Positions 31,664 to 42,965 of a stretch of DNA of 64,000 nucleotides are shown here, piece after piece. A program made the position numbers and the translations under genes. Under the pieces are notes generated by a model that worked only from the letters and a program-made list of their open reading frames with translations, had not been told where the DNA came from and searched no databases. Source of the stretch: an uncultured Prolixibacteraceae bacterium (lineage in GTDB: Bacteria; Bacteroidota; Bacteroidia; Bacteroidales; Prolixibacteraceae); NCBI GenBank assembly GCA_963849775.1, contig CAWKIX010000048.1:5879-69878 (forward strand), given 5' to 3'. Positions within the stretch are counted from its first letter, which is position 1. The number at the start of each line of letters is the position of its first letter.

Positions 31664-32770
31664 TTAGTTTTTATTGATGATTGGTTCGCTCATTACTTTT
31701 ACAGGCAAATCATTCATTTCCGAGGTAAGATTTATTGTAGCTCCAATTACCAGTTTTTCATCAGGGAAAATAAGTAATGTAGCGCCGCCTCCAATTACAC
31801 TTCCAGCCATACCATACAAAGTTCTGCCTTCTTTTGTTTTTGTTAATACCCAGCCATTCGAAAACCTGGCTTTTTCGCCACTTGTCAAAGTTACAGGGGT
31901 AAAAATACGGTCTTTTACTTCTTCAGTAAATATGTCGGAGTTGAGAAATGCATTTCCAAATTTCACCAGATCCTCTGCATTTGAAAGTAATCCTTCAGAT
32001 GAGGCGCGAGAACGTAAATCACAAAATTCAGCATTTACAGTTAATGCAATTATGTTATTATCAAAATAATTGGTTCTGCCGGTTATGTTTTTAAAAGGGT
32101 TATCAACTTCAGTGTTTGATAAATTCAACGGTTCAGTAATGTATTCTTTTAATAGTGTTGGAAAAGGTTTTTGCAATACTTTTTCAATTACAGCTCCAAG
32201 CAGATCATAATCAAATGCTGTTGAATATTGAGTGTATCCAGGTTCATACAAAAGTGTATCGTTTTTAAAATAATCAATTCTGTTCTCAAGCGAAATAGTG
32301 GAGCCTTTCCAGTCTAATTCATCCCTTGTCGGTTTTCGTAAACCGGAAGTATGATTTGCCAGGTCACTTAACGTTAGCTTGTATTTTTTTTGTGGAAAAT
32401 CGGGTAAATAATACTGCACTGTTGAATCAGGATTTAGAATTCCATCCTGTATCATTAATTGGTAAATGGCTGACGTGTAAAGTTCAGAAACATCAGCAAT
32501 TCTGAATTTGGTACCTCGGTTTACCTTTACATTTAATTCTTTTGAAGCATAACCAATCCCTTCTGAATAGATAATTTCGCCATCTTTTGCTATGGCAAAA
32601 CTTCCGCCGGGAATGAAGTTACGCTCAAGGTAAAATGCAAGTTCTTCCCGGAGTGATTTAATTTCCTTTACATAATTATTATTATAAACAATATCAACTT
32701 TGTTTTTTTTGCAGTTTGAAAAAAATAACAAAACTGCCATTAAAATCAGCAACCGGATTCCGTTTTTCAT
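31664..32770 (-). CDS. Beta-lactamase-fold (serine hydrolase) lipoprotein lacking catalytic SxxK
   Basis: Lipobox FSNC; IPGGSFA, G.GYA, LANHTSGL, EPG..Y, PL.L.NT; reads FRIADVSE where FRIASVSK is expected. Confidence 0.8.
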   Translation of the reverse strand: MKNGIRLLILMAVLLFFSNCKKNKVDIVYNNNYVKEIKSLREELAFYLERNFIPGGSFAIAKDGEIIYSEGIGYASKELNVKVNRGTKFRIADVSELYTSAIYQLMIQDGILNPDSTVQYYLPDFPQKKYKLTLSDLANHTSGLRKPTRDELDWKGSTISLENRIDYFKNDTLLYEPGYTQYSTAFDYDLLGAVIEKVLQKPFPTLLKEYITEPLNLSNTEVDNPFKNITGRTNYFDNNIIALTVNAEFCDLRSRASSEGLLSNAEDLVKFGNAFLNSDIFTEEVKDRIFTPVTLTSGEKARFSNGWVLTKTKEGRTLYGMAGSVIGGGATLLIFPDEKLVIGATINLTSEMNDLPVKVMSEPIINKN

Positions 32771-33023
32771 CTCATTAAAATTATTAGTTATAAAATGTAT
32801 TCGATGTAACTCCCTCCCGATAATTATCGGGATTAATAATGCTTGTTTGTGAAGCATTTCTGCATGGTCGTTTCATAATTTAATGAATGTTTTGTTTCAT
32901 AAACAGCGTGCTAAAATAAATAATTCAGTTAAAATAATGGATTTAAAAAATGTGAAAAATAGCTGAAACCTGAACACCGAATTTTTCCGTTACTTATAAA
33001 CAAATTTCTTTTAAAGTATCCGG

Positions 33024-33767
33024 TCAAATAAAGTTACGCTTATTTAAAAGGTTTTGAAACGCGATTTTATAGGTGCTGCTTACAGGAATTAGTTTGTTCC
33101 CAATTTTAATAGCGTTATTTTCTATATAATCTATTTTGTCTACAGCAACAACGTATGATTTGTGAACCCGAACAAATTTCTGAGGATCCAACAAGTCTTG
33201 TAAAGTTTTGAAGTTCAGTAGCGTCATTATTTTACTGTCTTCTGTATGAATCTGGAGATAATCGCGCATTCCCTCAACATACAATATTTTATTGAAATAT
33301 ACTTTTACAGTTTTATTGCCCGATTTTATGAAAGTATATTCAGGCTTTTCATTTTGAATGCCAGAATGTTCAATTTCAGTTGGTGGCTTTAAATGTTGAG
33401 ACTTGTCTTTTAGGAAACGTGCATAAACCTTTTCCACTGCCTTTATAAAACGTTCAAAAGGAATTGGTTTTAACAGGTAGTCCATAACATCCAGTTCGTA
33501 AGCTTTCAACGCATACTCATCAAACGCTGTTGTTAAAATTACGTATGGCGGATTTTTCAATGTTTCAAGAAATTGAATTCCTGTAAATTCATCCATTTGA
33601 ATATCAAGAAAAATAAGATCAACCCTGTTTTCGCGTAGAAATGAAAAAGTCGAAAGAGCGCTGTCAAATGTCTCAAGTAAATTTAAGTAGTCAATTTTTT
33701 CGGCATATCTTTCAATTTTCTTTAATGCAAGTATTTCGTCATCAACAGCGATGCAATTCATTTTCAT
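33024..33767 (-). CDS. LytTR-family response regulator
   Basis: VDDE, LIFLDIQM, TTAF, DYLLKP; LytTR FVRVHKSYVV. Confidence 0.95.
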   Translation of the reverse strand: MKMNCIAVDDEILALKKIERYAEKIDYLNLLETFDSALSTFSFLRENRVDLIFLDIQMDEFTGIQFLETLKNPPYVILTTAFDEYALKAYELDVMDYLLKPIPFERFIKAVEKVYARFLKDKSQHLKPPTEIEHSGIQNEKPEYTFIKSGNKTVKVYFNKILYVEGMRDYLQIHTEDSKIMTLLNFKTLQDLLDPQKFVRVHKSYVVAVDKIDYIENNAIKIGNKLIPVSSTYKIAFQNLLNKRNFI

Positions 33768-33779
33768 AACAAAAAAGTT

Positions 33780-34811
33780 TTAGTTTTCTATTTTCAAGAA
33801 AGGTACTTTAAGAGTTAATTCAAAATTTTCAGTTGTTCGGTAGAATTCAAATACATAGTTTTTCCCATACACAAGTTCAAGACGCTTTTCAACATTTTTT
33901 AATCCATTTCCTGATTCTGCATCGGGCAATTTAAAATTGTTTTGTTTAAATGCATTTACAGTTTTTAATTCAATAAAATCATCACCTGCTTTAAAATCAA
34001 TTTGAATTCCGGGGGACTTAACTTTTTTATTACAATGTTTTATTGTGTTTTCAATAATAGGAATAAAGAGTAGTGGTGGAATTTGTTTCCCGCTAAATTC
34101 TCCTGATGATTTGAATTGAAGGAAATCAGGGTCTGGAAAACTTAATCGTGCCAATTCAAGATAATCATTGATATAATCCAACTCTTTCTCCAGAAAAGCT
34201 TTTTCTTCATTCGATTCTTTCAACATGTACCGCATAATTTTTGATAAAAGAAAAATAGCATTTGATGCTTTTTCTTTGTCTTCGTAAATTAATGAGTCGA
34301 TATTATTAAGAACATTAAAAAGAAAGTGTGGATTTACTTGCGATCTAAGCGCACCAAGCTCCGACTGAATGCTTCTTCGCTTTAGTTCTGACTGGCTGAC
34401 TTGAATTTTATGAGAATAACTGAATAGCTTTAATGCTGATGCCAGACCCACAATCATGAAGTTACTTAATAACGAATAAAAAAGATCTTCAATAAAAGGG
34501 CGGCGTACAGTCCAGAATCCCAGGGCAGGTTGGATATTGTAACGAATGTAAATAGAACCTAAAAAGTTTAAACCTATTATTGCTGATGCGCCAAGTACAA
34601 AAATCAGAAAGTTTCTTTTTCTGAGCAAAAACCGTGGAATTAGAAATTCTATTACAACATACACAGTAATAATATCTAATGGAATATAAATCAGATTAAT
34701 AAAAATATTTGGTTTTAATTCATAAGATAAAACAATGGGAAGGCTGTAAAAAAAGTAGATGAATATCCAGAAGAGGATATGGTTTATTATTCTGTATTTG
34801 AATATTTTCAT
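33780..34811 (-). CDS. LytS/YpdA-type membrane sensor histidine kinase
   Basis: Four TM segments; LRSQVNPHFLFNVLNNI, PLLFIPIIEN, GNGLKNVEKRLEL. Confidence 0.93.
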   Translation of the reverse strand: MKIFKYRIINHILFWIFIYFFYSLPIVLSYELKPNIFINLIYIPLDIITVYVVIEFLIPRFLLRKRNFLIFVLGASAIIGLNFLGSIYIRYNIQPALGFWTVRRPFIEDLFYSLLSNFMIVGLASALKLFSYSHKIQVSQSELKRRSIQSELGALRSQVNPHFLFNVLNNIDSLIYEDKEKASNAIFLLSKIMRYMLKESNEEKAFLEKELDYINDYLELARLSFPDPDFLQFKSSGEFSGKQIPPLLFIPIIENTIKHCNKKVKSPGIQIDFKAGDDFIELKTVNAFKQNNFKLPDAESGNGLKNVEKRLELVYGKNYVFEFYRTTENFELTLKVPFLKIEN

Positions 34812-34976
34812 GTACGGTTTAAAGCAATTTATTTACAATTTTACACTATTTAACGATTAAAAATACTGATTTTCTGTCAATTAAAGTTTTTATTCTTCAA
34901 AACTGGATTACCCTTCAATATTGATCTTTTGCAGGCCATAAAAGCTATTTTGCAGATCAAAATATAAAGTTTAAAG

Positions 34977-36233
34977 CTACAGGGCAACATTTGTAATTTC
35001 TTTTTCACTTCGTGCAATAGTGACAGCACCACAACTGTCGCTCCAAACATTTACCGAAGTTCGTATCATATCCAATATCCGATCAACAGCCAAAATAAGT
35101 CCGATTCCTTCAAGTGGCAAACCTACTGCACTTAAAATAATGGTTATCATAACCAGTCCGGCCATTGGAATTCCTGCGGCACCAATAGATGCAAGCAACG
35201 CAGTTACAACAACTATCACCTGTTGTGTAAACTGAAGTTCGATTCCGTAAACCTGAGCAATAAACATAGCGGCAACACATTCATATAAAGCTGTTCCATC
35301 CATATTTATTGTTGCTCCTAAAGGAAGGGTAAAACTTGTTATTTTATTTGAAACCCCGCTATTATGCTCGGTTGCTTCCATTGTTAAAGGCAAAGTTGCA
35401 CTTGATGATGCAGTTGAAAAAGCTGTGAGCAAAGGTGTTATCATGTTGTTAAAATGCTTAAAAGGTTTTGCCTTAGCTACAAATCTTACAATTAATGGTA
35501 GCGAAATAAATGCATGGATCATCAACGCAAGAAAAACAGTAAGCATATAAATTGCCATACTTCCTGCAATATTTCCCAACTGATCAGCATTTCTGTGAAC
35601 TTCTGTGGCAACAATTCCAAAAATGCCAAGTGGAGTAAAACGGATGATAAACATGGTCATTTTCATCATCACTTCAAAAACGGCTTCAAAAAAAGTTGTA
35701 ATAGTTTCTTTATGTTTGGAAGTTAACTGAGTTATAAAAACTCCGAAAATAATTGAAAAGAAAATAACCGGAAGAATATCGCCTTTAACCATTGAATCAA
35801 ATATATTTGAAGGTACAATCCGGTATAAAATATCGCTTACAGAACCAACATTCTCAGGCAACTCTTCAATATTCTTCGTAAAACCTAAATCAACCCCAAC
35901 ACCTGGTTTAATAATATTCACCAATAATAATCCGGTTAAAATTGCCAACGTACTGGTTAAAATGTAATAGAGCATTGTTTTTAACCCTAACCGACCCAGA
36001 TTGCTACCTGTTCCCATACTGGTGACCCCGGAAATTATCGAACTTAATATTAATGGAACAATAACCATTTTTAAAGCGGTCAGGAAAACAGTGCCCATCC
36101 AGGAAACATATTTAACTCCGTTAGGAATAAACAAACCAAATAAAATGGCAAGAATAAGTGCAATTAGGATTTGCCAGTGAAGTTTAATGTTTATAATCTT
36201 CATGTAGAAATTTTTGATAGAATCAAACAGCAC
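34977..36233 (-). CDS. Dicarboxylate/amino acid:cation symporter (GltP/DAACS)
   Basis: AFSTASSSATLP, LPLGATINMDGTALY, ASIGAAGIP, DRILDMIRTSVNV; start may be the second Met. Confidence 0.95.
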   Translation of the reverse strand: MLFDSIKNFYMKIINIKLHWQILIALILAILFGLFIPNGVKYVSWMGTVFLTALKMVIVPLILSSIISGVTSMGTGSNLGRLGLKTMLYYILTSTLAILTGLLLVNIIKPGVGVDLGFTKNIEELPENVGSVSDILYRIVPSNIFDSMVKGDILPVIFFSIIFGVFITQLTSKHKETITTFFEAVFEVMMKMTMFIIRFTPLGIFGIVATEVHRNADQLGNIAGSMAIYMLTVFLALMIHAFISLPLIVRFVAKAKPFKHFNNMITPLLTAFSTASSSATLPLTMEATEHNSGVSNKITSFTLPLGATINMDGTALYECVAAMFIAQVYGIELQFTQQVIVVVTALLASIGAAGIPMAGLVMITIILSAVGLPLEGIGLILAVDRILDMIRTSVNVWSDSCGAVTIARSEKEITNVAL

Positions 36234-36276
36234 GCTAATTTATCCTTTTTTTAGAAGAGGACAAATCAGATTTAAC

Positions 36277-38922
36277 TTAGTCAAAGGCTGAGATGGTTGC
36301 TTTAACTTTAAATTGTTCAAAATGTTTTTCTCTAAATCCGGCAAAAACGCCAATATTTCCAAGAAAGAATATGCTATTCAAACTGTAACCAGCTTCCCAG
36401 TAATTTTTAAAATCAGGCGTTGTTAGATAATTAAAATGCAAGCTTTCGCTCCATGTTTGTTGATTTATTAGAGAAAGGTAACGAAGCAAAAAATATTCGG
36501 TCCTGAATTCACCCGAAATATTTAAGTAACTTTTATTTGAGCTGGCTTCATAGTCATTTATTAATTGTAAAGTGTTTGAAAAATCATTGAAATAAACCGG
36601 TATTTCGGCAGTTGAAAAATGCTTGTATTGTGAAAAATGCATTTTTTTGTTATTGAAAAAATAGCCGGAGTTAATTTGCCAGTCAATTCCTGAAGTTGAT
36701 GTTAAATTAGCCTGTTGCCTGAATAAAAGATTTAAATGACTGAAGTCGGAAACAGATGAAAATACATCAGGAATTCCTTTAGTGAACTGAATTTCAAATC
36801 GATAATAATCATCAATGAATAAAAATGGAGAAGTTTCGAGCCATGGTTTCCTGATTCTTTTATAGTAAATTCCTTTCATTGAATAGGTAAAACTTTTTTG
36901 TTTAGCCAATTCTGAACTATCATCAGTTCGACCTTTGGGTGTGTTTGAAGAATATTCTTTTTTGTTTGAAAGTAAATATGATGAGTTGTTTTCGAGTGGG
37001 TAAAAATGATCAAATTTTGTGTTTAACTGTAGTCCAATATTTTTTCCAAAACTTTGTCTGAGTTCGAAACCAATAAACTTCGTTTCATATAATTTCATGT
37101 AATTTTTTGCAAAAAACCATGAGCTAACTGCATTAAGCGTTGGATTAATTCCGATTGCAGCAGATTTAAAATCGCGACTGTTTTTTCCAACATTAAATGA
37201 AAAATCATTGCGTTTTGAAAGAATGTTTCTAAATCTTATTCCAGCGTTCCAGAGTAAAACTTTGCGGTTAAAAGCGTACCCCAGTTTTGGAGTAAATTCA
37301 ATGCTTTTTTCTGAACCGAATTTTGTAGTTAATTTCATTTGTTGAGCATAAAAATATCCATCAACAGCGTTATAGCCAAAATCATCAGGTGAAATTACCC
37401 CGCTGTAATTCAATTGTATTGCTGAATCTTTAAGCAGATCGTTGTTCCCAAAAAGTATTTTGGAGAATATAGATTCTTCTTTTATTTTATTTTCACCTGT
37501 TACCGAGTCAGTTACAACCTTACCTGTTCTAATTAACGAATCGGTAATCTGATAACCGCGAATTTCTGCTTCAGATAAAGGAATTGAACGTATTGTATCC
37601 CAGAACAAATCATCCGTTTTCAATGAATCTACTAATTCTTCGATATTATATTCATTATATGGCTGATATGTCAATGTCGAATCTTTGTATTGTTCTTTTA
37701 AAATTTTGCGGTTTAATCGGGCAGCTTTTTTTACATCAGCATTGGTAATTGTTTCTTTTGAAATTATCAATTCTCTTTCCTGGCGTAACAGAAGTTCTTT
37801 TTCACCGGGTTGATTTTTGCGAACGTATATTTGATCTTCTTCATTTTCAGCAGGAATTTTCGTAGAATTATCCTCAATTTCCTGGTATTTTAATGAAGCG
37901 CCATAGTAGAACATGCCTTTTATACCCAGTAATGAAAGATCACCGTCTATATTATGTGACACCGGAAGCCAATTGTCATTTCCCATGTTTTCGAACTGTT
38001 GCTTTATTTTGTAGTTAAAAAATTTAAAACTGCAGCTAAAATCAAGCTGGTATATGCACCACAATCCATCAACAATATAAATATGCCCATCAATTAATTC
38101 ATTACTTTTTCTTTTAGGAGTTACTTTTATTTTGTAAATATCATAGTCGCCAGAAGTAATAAATCCTTCAAACTTGAATTTATAGTTTTTAAGCGCTAAT
38201 GGAGACAGAGGTGAGACAATATCATTCGGACGTTCCTCGTAAAAATTGATTGTCATTAATTCCATTACCGGCGGCTCTTCGAAGCCTACAAACGAAGTTT
38301 TTTTGCTTATTATTTTCTGATCATATTTATTCGGATAATCAAAAATAATTTGATTTTGTGATTCAATAACATAAGTAATATTTTCTTTTAGAACCTCTTT
38401 CAGATCCATTCCATTTACCTTAGCTTTTTTCAAAAAAAGACGCGGAATATTTGAAAAAGAAAAATTGCTTTTTATATACAAATCAGCTTCGTAATGTTTT
38501 ATTTTTTCTCGGTAGTAAGGAGCTTTAGCAATTGCTTTCCGCATGATTAACATCGCAGGGTCTTCTTTGCCGGGAAACACTTTCACTTCTTTGATTTCAA
38601 ATTCCTGCCGTTGCATTATAAATGAAATGAAAATGCTGTCAGAATCAACTTTAACGTTCATTTCTTTTTGTTTGTATCCCATTGATCGTACTTGCAACCG
38701 GTTAATTCCGGTTAATGCATTTATTTTGAAGTATCCTTCCGAGTTAGAGATTGTACCTTCGCGAAGTTCAGGTGAAAAAATAGTGGCATAAGGTATAGGT
38801 TCTTTTTCTTCATTTACAATCCTCCCCGAAATTACCTGGGCAAAAGAAGATCTGCTAAAGAGTATCAAAAACAATAATAATGTTGTTACAACAATTGAAT
38901 TGCTGGGAGATTTTATTACCAT
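36277..38922 (-). CDS. CarboxypepD_reg-like + DUF5686 outer-membrane protein
   Basis: Signal peptide; ISGRIV..EPIPYATI..GTISN.EG.F; IMRKAIA, SPLS..A..Y.F; beta-barrel-like C-terminus. Confidence 0.8.
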   Translation of the reverse strand: MVIKSPSNSIVVTTLLLFLILFSRSSFAQVISGRIVNEEKEPIPYATIFSPELREGTISNSEGYFKINALTGINRLQVRSMGYKQKEMNVKVDSDSIFISFIMQRQEFEIKEVKVFPGKEDPAMLIMRKAIAKAPYYREKIKHYEADLYIKSNFSFSNIPRLFLKKAKVNGMDLKEVLKENITYVIESQNQIIFDYPNKYDQKIISKKTSFVGFEEPPVMELMTINFYEERPNDIVSPLSPLALKNYKFKFEGFITSGDYDIYKIKVTPKRKSNELIDGHIYIVDGLWCIYQLDFSCSFKFFNYKIKQQFENMGNDNWLPVSHNIDGDLSLLGIKGMFYYGASLKYQEIEDNSTKIPAENEEDQIYVRKNQPGEKELLLRQERELIISKETITNADVKKAARLNRKILKEQYKDSTLTYQPYNEYNIEELVDSLKTDDLFWDTIRSIPLSEAEIRGYQITDSLIRTGKVVTDSVTGENKIKEESIFSKILFGNNDLLKDSAIQLNYSGVISPDDFGYNAVDGYFYAQQMKLTTKFGSEKSIEFTPKLGYAFNRKVLLWNAGIRFRNILSKRNDFSFNVGKNSRDFKSAAIGINPTLNAVSSWFFAKNYMKLYETKFIGFELRQSFGKNIGLQLNTKFDHFYPLENNSSYLLSNKKEYSSNTPKGRTDDSSELAKQKSFTYSMKGIYYKRIRKPWLETSPFLFIDDYYRFEIQFTKGIPDVFSSVSDFSHLNLLFRQQANLTSTSGIDWQINSGYFFNNKKMHFSQYKHFSTAEIPVYFNDFSNTLQLINDYEASSNKSYLNISGEFRTEYFLLRYLSLINQQTWSESLHFNYLTTPDFKNYWEAGYSLNSIFFLGNIGVFAGFREKHFEQFKVKATISAFD

Positions 38923-39251
38923 TATCTGATGTTTTTTGGATGTGTTTGATAATAAAATATATGAACCCGGAATTCATTATGAAACATTGCAGAAAGCTTG
39001 TTTTTAAAACCGGAATTGAATAAATCTTCCGCATAAAATATAAACAGTAATTTAAAGAAATTGAGATGTAATTGTTTCATGTTTGATTTTTGGTTTTTCA
39101 AAATTATACTAATTTTTTCAACCTCATTGTTTATTTAATAAACTGTAACATATTTTAATGCTTAAAATATCTTCACATGTAATCTAAGGAAGCTTACCGG
39201 TTAAATAAGATAACTAAACTGAAATCTTACCTCTTAACATTCCAATTTTCG

Positions 39252-39259
39252 TACATTTG
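39252..39259 (+). promoter_or_regulatory. Bacteroidota sigma-A -7 element
   Basis: TACATTTG matches TAnnTTTG, 26 nt upstream of the SPFH ATG. Confidence 0.55.
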
Positions 39260-39285
39260 TCGGAACTAATTTTAAATCAAATAAA

Positions 39286-40104
39286 ATGAAATTCAATTTT
39301 AAAACTTCTTACATTATTATAGCTGTAGTTGCTCTTATCGTTCTTCTTCTTTTTGGTGGCCGAATGTTTTTGATTATAGAGGCTGGCGAACGGGGAGTTA
39401 TTTTCCGTCCATATACCACTGGTCTTGATAAAGATAATATATATGGCGAAGGATTTCACATAATCGCTCCATGGAACGATATGTATGTTTATAATGTACG
39501 TGAACAACAGCGTGAAGAAACCATGGATGTTTTGGATAAAAACGGACTTTCAGTAAACATGGATGTAACCGTTCGTTTTAATCCGGTATTTGATAAAATT
39601 GGAAATTTGCATCAACAATTTGGGGAGAATTTTACCAATGTTTTAGTTGTTCCTGAGGTTCGTTCATCGGTTCGTCAGGTTGCCGGCCGTTATACTGCAG
39701 AGGAAATATATTCAACAAAAAGAGCCGAAGTAGAACAATCGATAAAAACTGAAACCCGTAAAGTTCTGGAAGATAATTTTATTGATATGAAAGCATTATT
39801 GATTCGTTCAATTAATTTACCAGCCCAAATTAAAGGTGCTATTGAAAGCAAACTGCAACAGGAACAGGAAGCTTTAGCTTATGAATTTAAGCTTCAAAGA
39901 GAAGAATCGGAAGCCGAGCGTCGCAGAATTGAAGCAGAAGGTATTGCCAATTTCAACCGTATTATTAATGCCAGTTTAACAAGTCAAATTTTAAAACAAC
40001 GCGGAATTGAGGCTACAATTGAGTTAGCTACTTCTCCCAATTCAAAGGTTATTGTTATTGGTAGTGGGGAAGATGGATTACCATTAATTTTAGGAAATAA
40101 TTAA
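39286..40104 (+). CDS. SPFH/prohibitin (Band 7) protein
   Basis: N-terminal TM; GERGVIF, EGFHIIAPW, VRSSVRQV, AIE.K..EQE, EAERRRIEAEG. Confidence 0.92.
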   Translation: MKFNFKTSYIIIAVVALIVLLLFGGRMFLIIEAGERGVIFRPYTTGLDKDNIYGEGFHIIAPWNDMYVYNVREQQREETMDVLDKNGLSVNMDVTVRFNPVFDKIGNLHQQFGENFTNVLVVPEVRSSVRQVAGRYTAEEIYSTKRAEVEQSIKTETRKVLEDNFIDMKALLIRSINLPAQIKGAIESKLQQEQEALAYEFKLQREESEAERRRIEAEGIANFNRIINASLTSQILKQRGIEATIELATSPNSKVIVIGSGEDGLPLILGNN

Positions 40105-40124
40105 ACATTTAATTTATAGATGAT

Positions 40125-40157
40125 AACAGGCTGGTTTTTCCGGCCTGTTTTCTTTTT
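40125..40157 (+). terminator. Intrinsic terminator after the SPFH gene
   Basis: AACAGGCTGG-TTTTT-CCGGCCTGTT followed by TTCTTTTT. Confidence 0.75.
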
Positions 40158-40500
40158 ATAAATAACCGTATATTAAATAGTTAAACCATTTAAATTTAAA
40201 AATGAAGTTGCAGAAAAGTGAACACGAAATAATTACAGATTTTTTGGACGTTCACAAAATACCTATATCGGACTTCAGCTTTAATCTTTGAAACTGGAGA
40301 AAACTTTGTAGCTGAATACTTCAGTTTAACTGAAATTATTGCAAAGGAATAACTTCCTTATTCGGAACACAAAGTCTTCTAACGGGGTCAGATGCAGACT
40401 TCTTCCGTAAGGTTAATTTAAAGTTTGGGTAAATTAATATCGAAAATATTCAGGTCATTGCGAATTATGACATTTGGATTAAAAACTAAGGTTTCCTGTG

Positions 40501-40680
40501 TTATTTCCGGTTTTTAAATTTTTCGCGGTTTGAATATAAATCATCATCTTCTTCGTAATCATCATAGATAGAAAGTCTTTTCTTGGAACTTTTATCTTTT
40601 CCGCTTCCTTTTTTATCATGACCAGAATCAAAATCTCTGTCGAAACCGGATGATTTGCCTTTTGAGAATTTCTTTTTCAT
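40501..40680 (-). CDS. Small highly charged hypothetical protein, 59 aa, missing from the ORF track
   Basis: MKKKFSKGKSSGFDRDFDSGHDKKGSGKDKSSKKRLSIYDDYEEDDDLYSNREKFKNRK*; A-rich start context. Confidence 0.55.
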   Translation of the reverse strand: MKKKFSKGKSSGFDRDFDSGHDKKGSGKDKSSKKRLSIYDDYEEDDDLYSNREKFKNRK

Positions 40681-40954
40681 TTTAATAAAAATCGATAATA
40701 AAAATAAAAATAAAAATTTACGTATAATATTTATAATTCGCTGCGCGAAAAATAAATATTTTTTTTAATAGAAGATACACTTGGTTCCATTTTTTTTTAA
40801 TTCTATTTGCTTAGTTGTTGGCGGGTTACAACATAAATCATATAAATAGCTTTTTTTAATTTCTTTTGGACTTTGAAATGTGGTTTAACAACAAATACTT
40901 TTTTTAATTTTTAAAAGTTACTATAATCAAGTTAAATTTTAAAAAGAAAACCAA

Positions 40955-40962
40955 TATTTTTG
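40955..40962 (+). promoter_or_regulatory. Bacteroidota -7 element upstream of the OmpA-family gene
   Basis: TATTTTTG matches TAnnTTTG. Confidence 0.4.
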
Positions 40963-40996
40963 CTTCAATTAAATCGATATTAATCAGTTTTTATCT

Positions 40997-42946
40997 ATGA
41001 GTAGAATGATAAAATTCAACATAAACAAGGAAGTGAGCATATTAAATATTTCTACTTTCTTACTTTTTATGGTGATCAGTATGTCATCTTTCGCACAATC
41101 TGACAAAAAATCGGACAAGCTTTTTGAACAGGCAAGAACCAGTTATTTGGCTCATAAAACCAGTGAAACAATTGATATTTGCAAACGGATTTTGAAAGAT
41201 GAACCGAATTATTTAAATGCACATCTTTTGCTGGCAGATATTTATAATGATCAGAAATTGCCGGAAGAAGAAATAAATCACCTTAGCAAAGCTGAAGAAC
41301 TAACTTCTGATACATTAATTTTTTTCCGTTTAGGCGAGGCATATTATGAAACCGGGAATTATTCTGAAGCTTTACGTTATTACAATAAATACAGCAAGTC
41401 GATGTTGATCCCTGAAAAACGCCAGTTTTTACTCGCAAGTAAAATAGCAAGCTGTAAGTTTGCCATAAATTCAATAAAAAATCCGGTGGAATTTGATCCG
41501 CAAAATATGGGAAATGAAATAAATTCTCCTGACGATGAGTATTGGCCAACACCATCGCTTGATGGAAAGAAGTTGGTTTTTACAAGGTTAATCAAAGACC
41601 CTGGGAATAATTCACAGGAAGATTTTTATGTAGCCGAAAAAGATTCAGAGAATTGGAACAATGTACAGGCAATCGAAGAAATTAATACCTCTGAAAATGA
41701 AGGCGCACAATCCCTGTCTGCAGATTCTAAAATATTATTTTTTACCGCGTGCAACAGAGCTGATGGATTGGGCAGTTGCGATATTTATTTTTCAAGATTT
41801 CAGAATGGAAAGTGGAGTAATCCCAAAAATGCCGGAAGTCCTTTAAATACAAGCTCGTGGGAAGCTCAACCATCTTTTTCTTCTGATAATAAATACCTTT
41901 ATTTTTCGAGCAATCGAAGAGGAGGAAAAGGAAAAAAAGATATTTGGCGGGCTGAATTTCTTGGCTTTTCAGAAACCGGATTACCAAAATGGAAAGAGCC
42001 GGAGAATCTTGGAGACGAAATAAATACTGAAGAAGACGAAATTTCTCCGTTTATTCATGCTAATAACCGAAATTTTTATTTTGCTTCCGATGGGCATATT
42101 GGTATGGGAGGACTTGATTTGTTTACCGCCGAAATAGATGAATTGGGTAATGTGCACAATGCGGCGAATATGGGTTATCCTATAAATACAAATAAAGATG
42201 AAATGGGATTAACGATAAGTTCCATTGGTGAAACGGCATATTTTTCATCTGCGAGAGAGGCAGATAAAGGTCTTGATATTTTTTCTTTTAATCTCGATCG
42301 CGGATTACGACCTGAACCTGTTTCTTACATAAAAGCAAAAATTACAGATAAAAGTACAAATCAGCCTATTCTTGCCAGTATTGAATTGGTTGATCTTAAT
42401 TACAGTATTCCAAAAGAAAGGGAAGAGAAAGCAGATGAAAATGGTGAAATAATGCTTTGTTTGCCCTTGTCACATAATTATTCGTTTACTGTTTCTAAAC
42501 CCGGATACTTATTTTATTCACAGTCGATTTTGCTAAAAGACGCCAAAACTCTGGTAGATCCATTGGTTCTTGATATAAAACTTGAACCTATTGAAATTGG
42601 AGCAAAAATGGACTTCTATAATATTTATTTTGAAACCGATTCATTTCGCAATATTGGCTGCATCGGAACCTGAATTGCAGCGTTTGACTGTGTTTCTACA
42701 AGAACAACTCTGATTTAAAAGTTGAAATACAGGGGCATACGGATAATACAGGTACGCCGGAGAAAAACCAGGTGCTTTCTGAAAATCGTGCCAAATCGGT
42801 AGTTAATTATTTGGTAGAGAAATGGAATATCATCATCACGATTACAGTTTAAAGGATATGGCGCTAATGTTCCTGTTGCCAGCAATGAAACTGAAGAAGG
42901 GCGAACAATGAACCGGCGCACTACCATAAGGATTTCAGGCAACTAA
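40997..42946 (+). CDS. OmpA-family protein (TPR + PD40 + carboxypeptidase-regulatory + OmpA, PorE-like architecture); OmpA domain broken by several indels after 42640
   Basis: TPR helices; PD40 repeats ([39 protein letters not shown]); NIYFETDS, then in shifted frames [37 protein letters not shown] to the stop at 42946. Confidence 0.87.
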
Positions 42947-42965
42947 ATTTGAAAAGGGCTAACTA

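Noticed and set aside
40202-40490. Short ORF MKLQKSEHEIITDFLDVHKIPISDFSFNL and downstream coding-like text
   Set aside because: Only 29 codons and no recognisable family; it may be a gene remnant but I cannot support a call.
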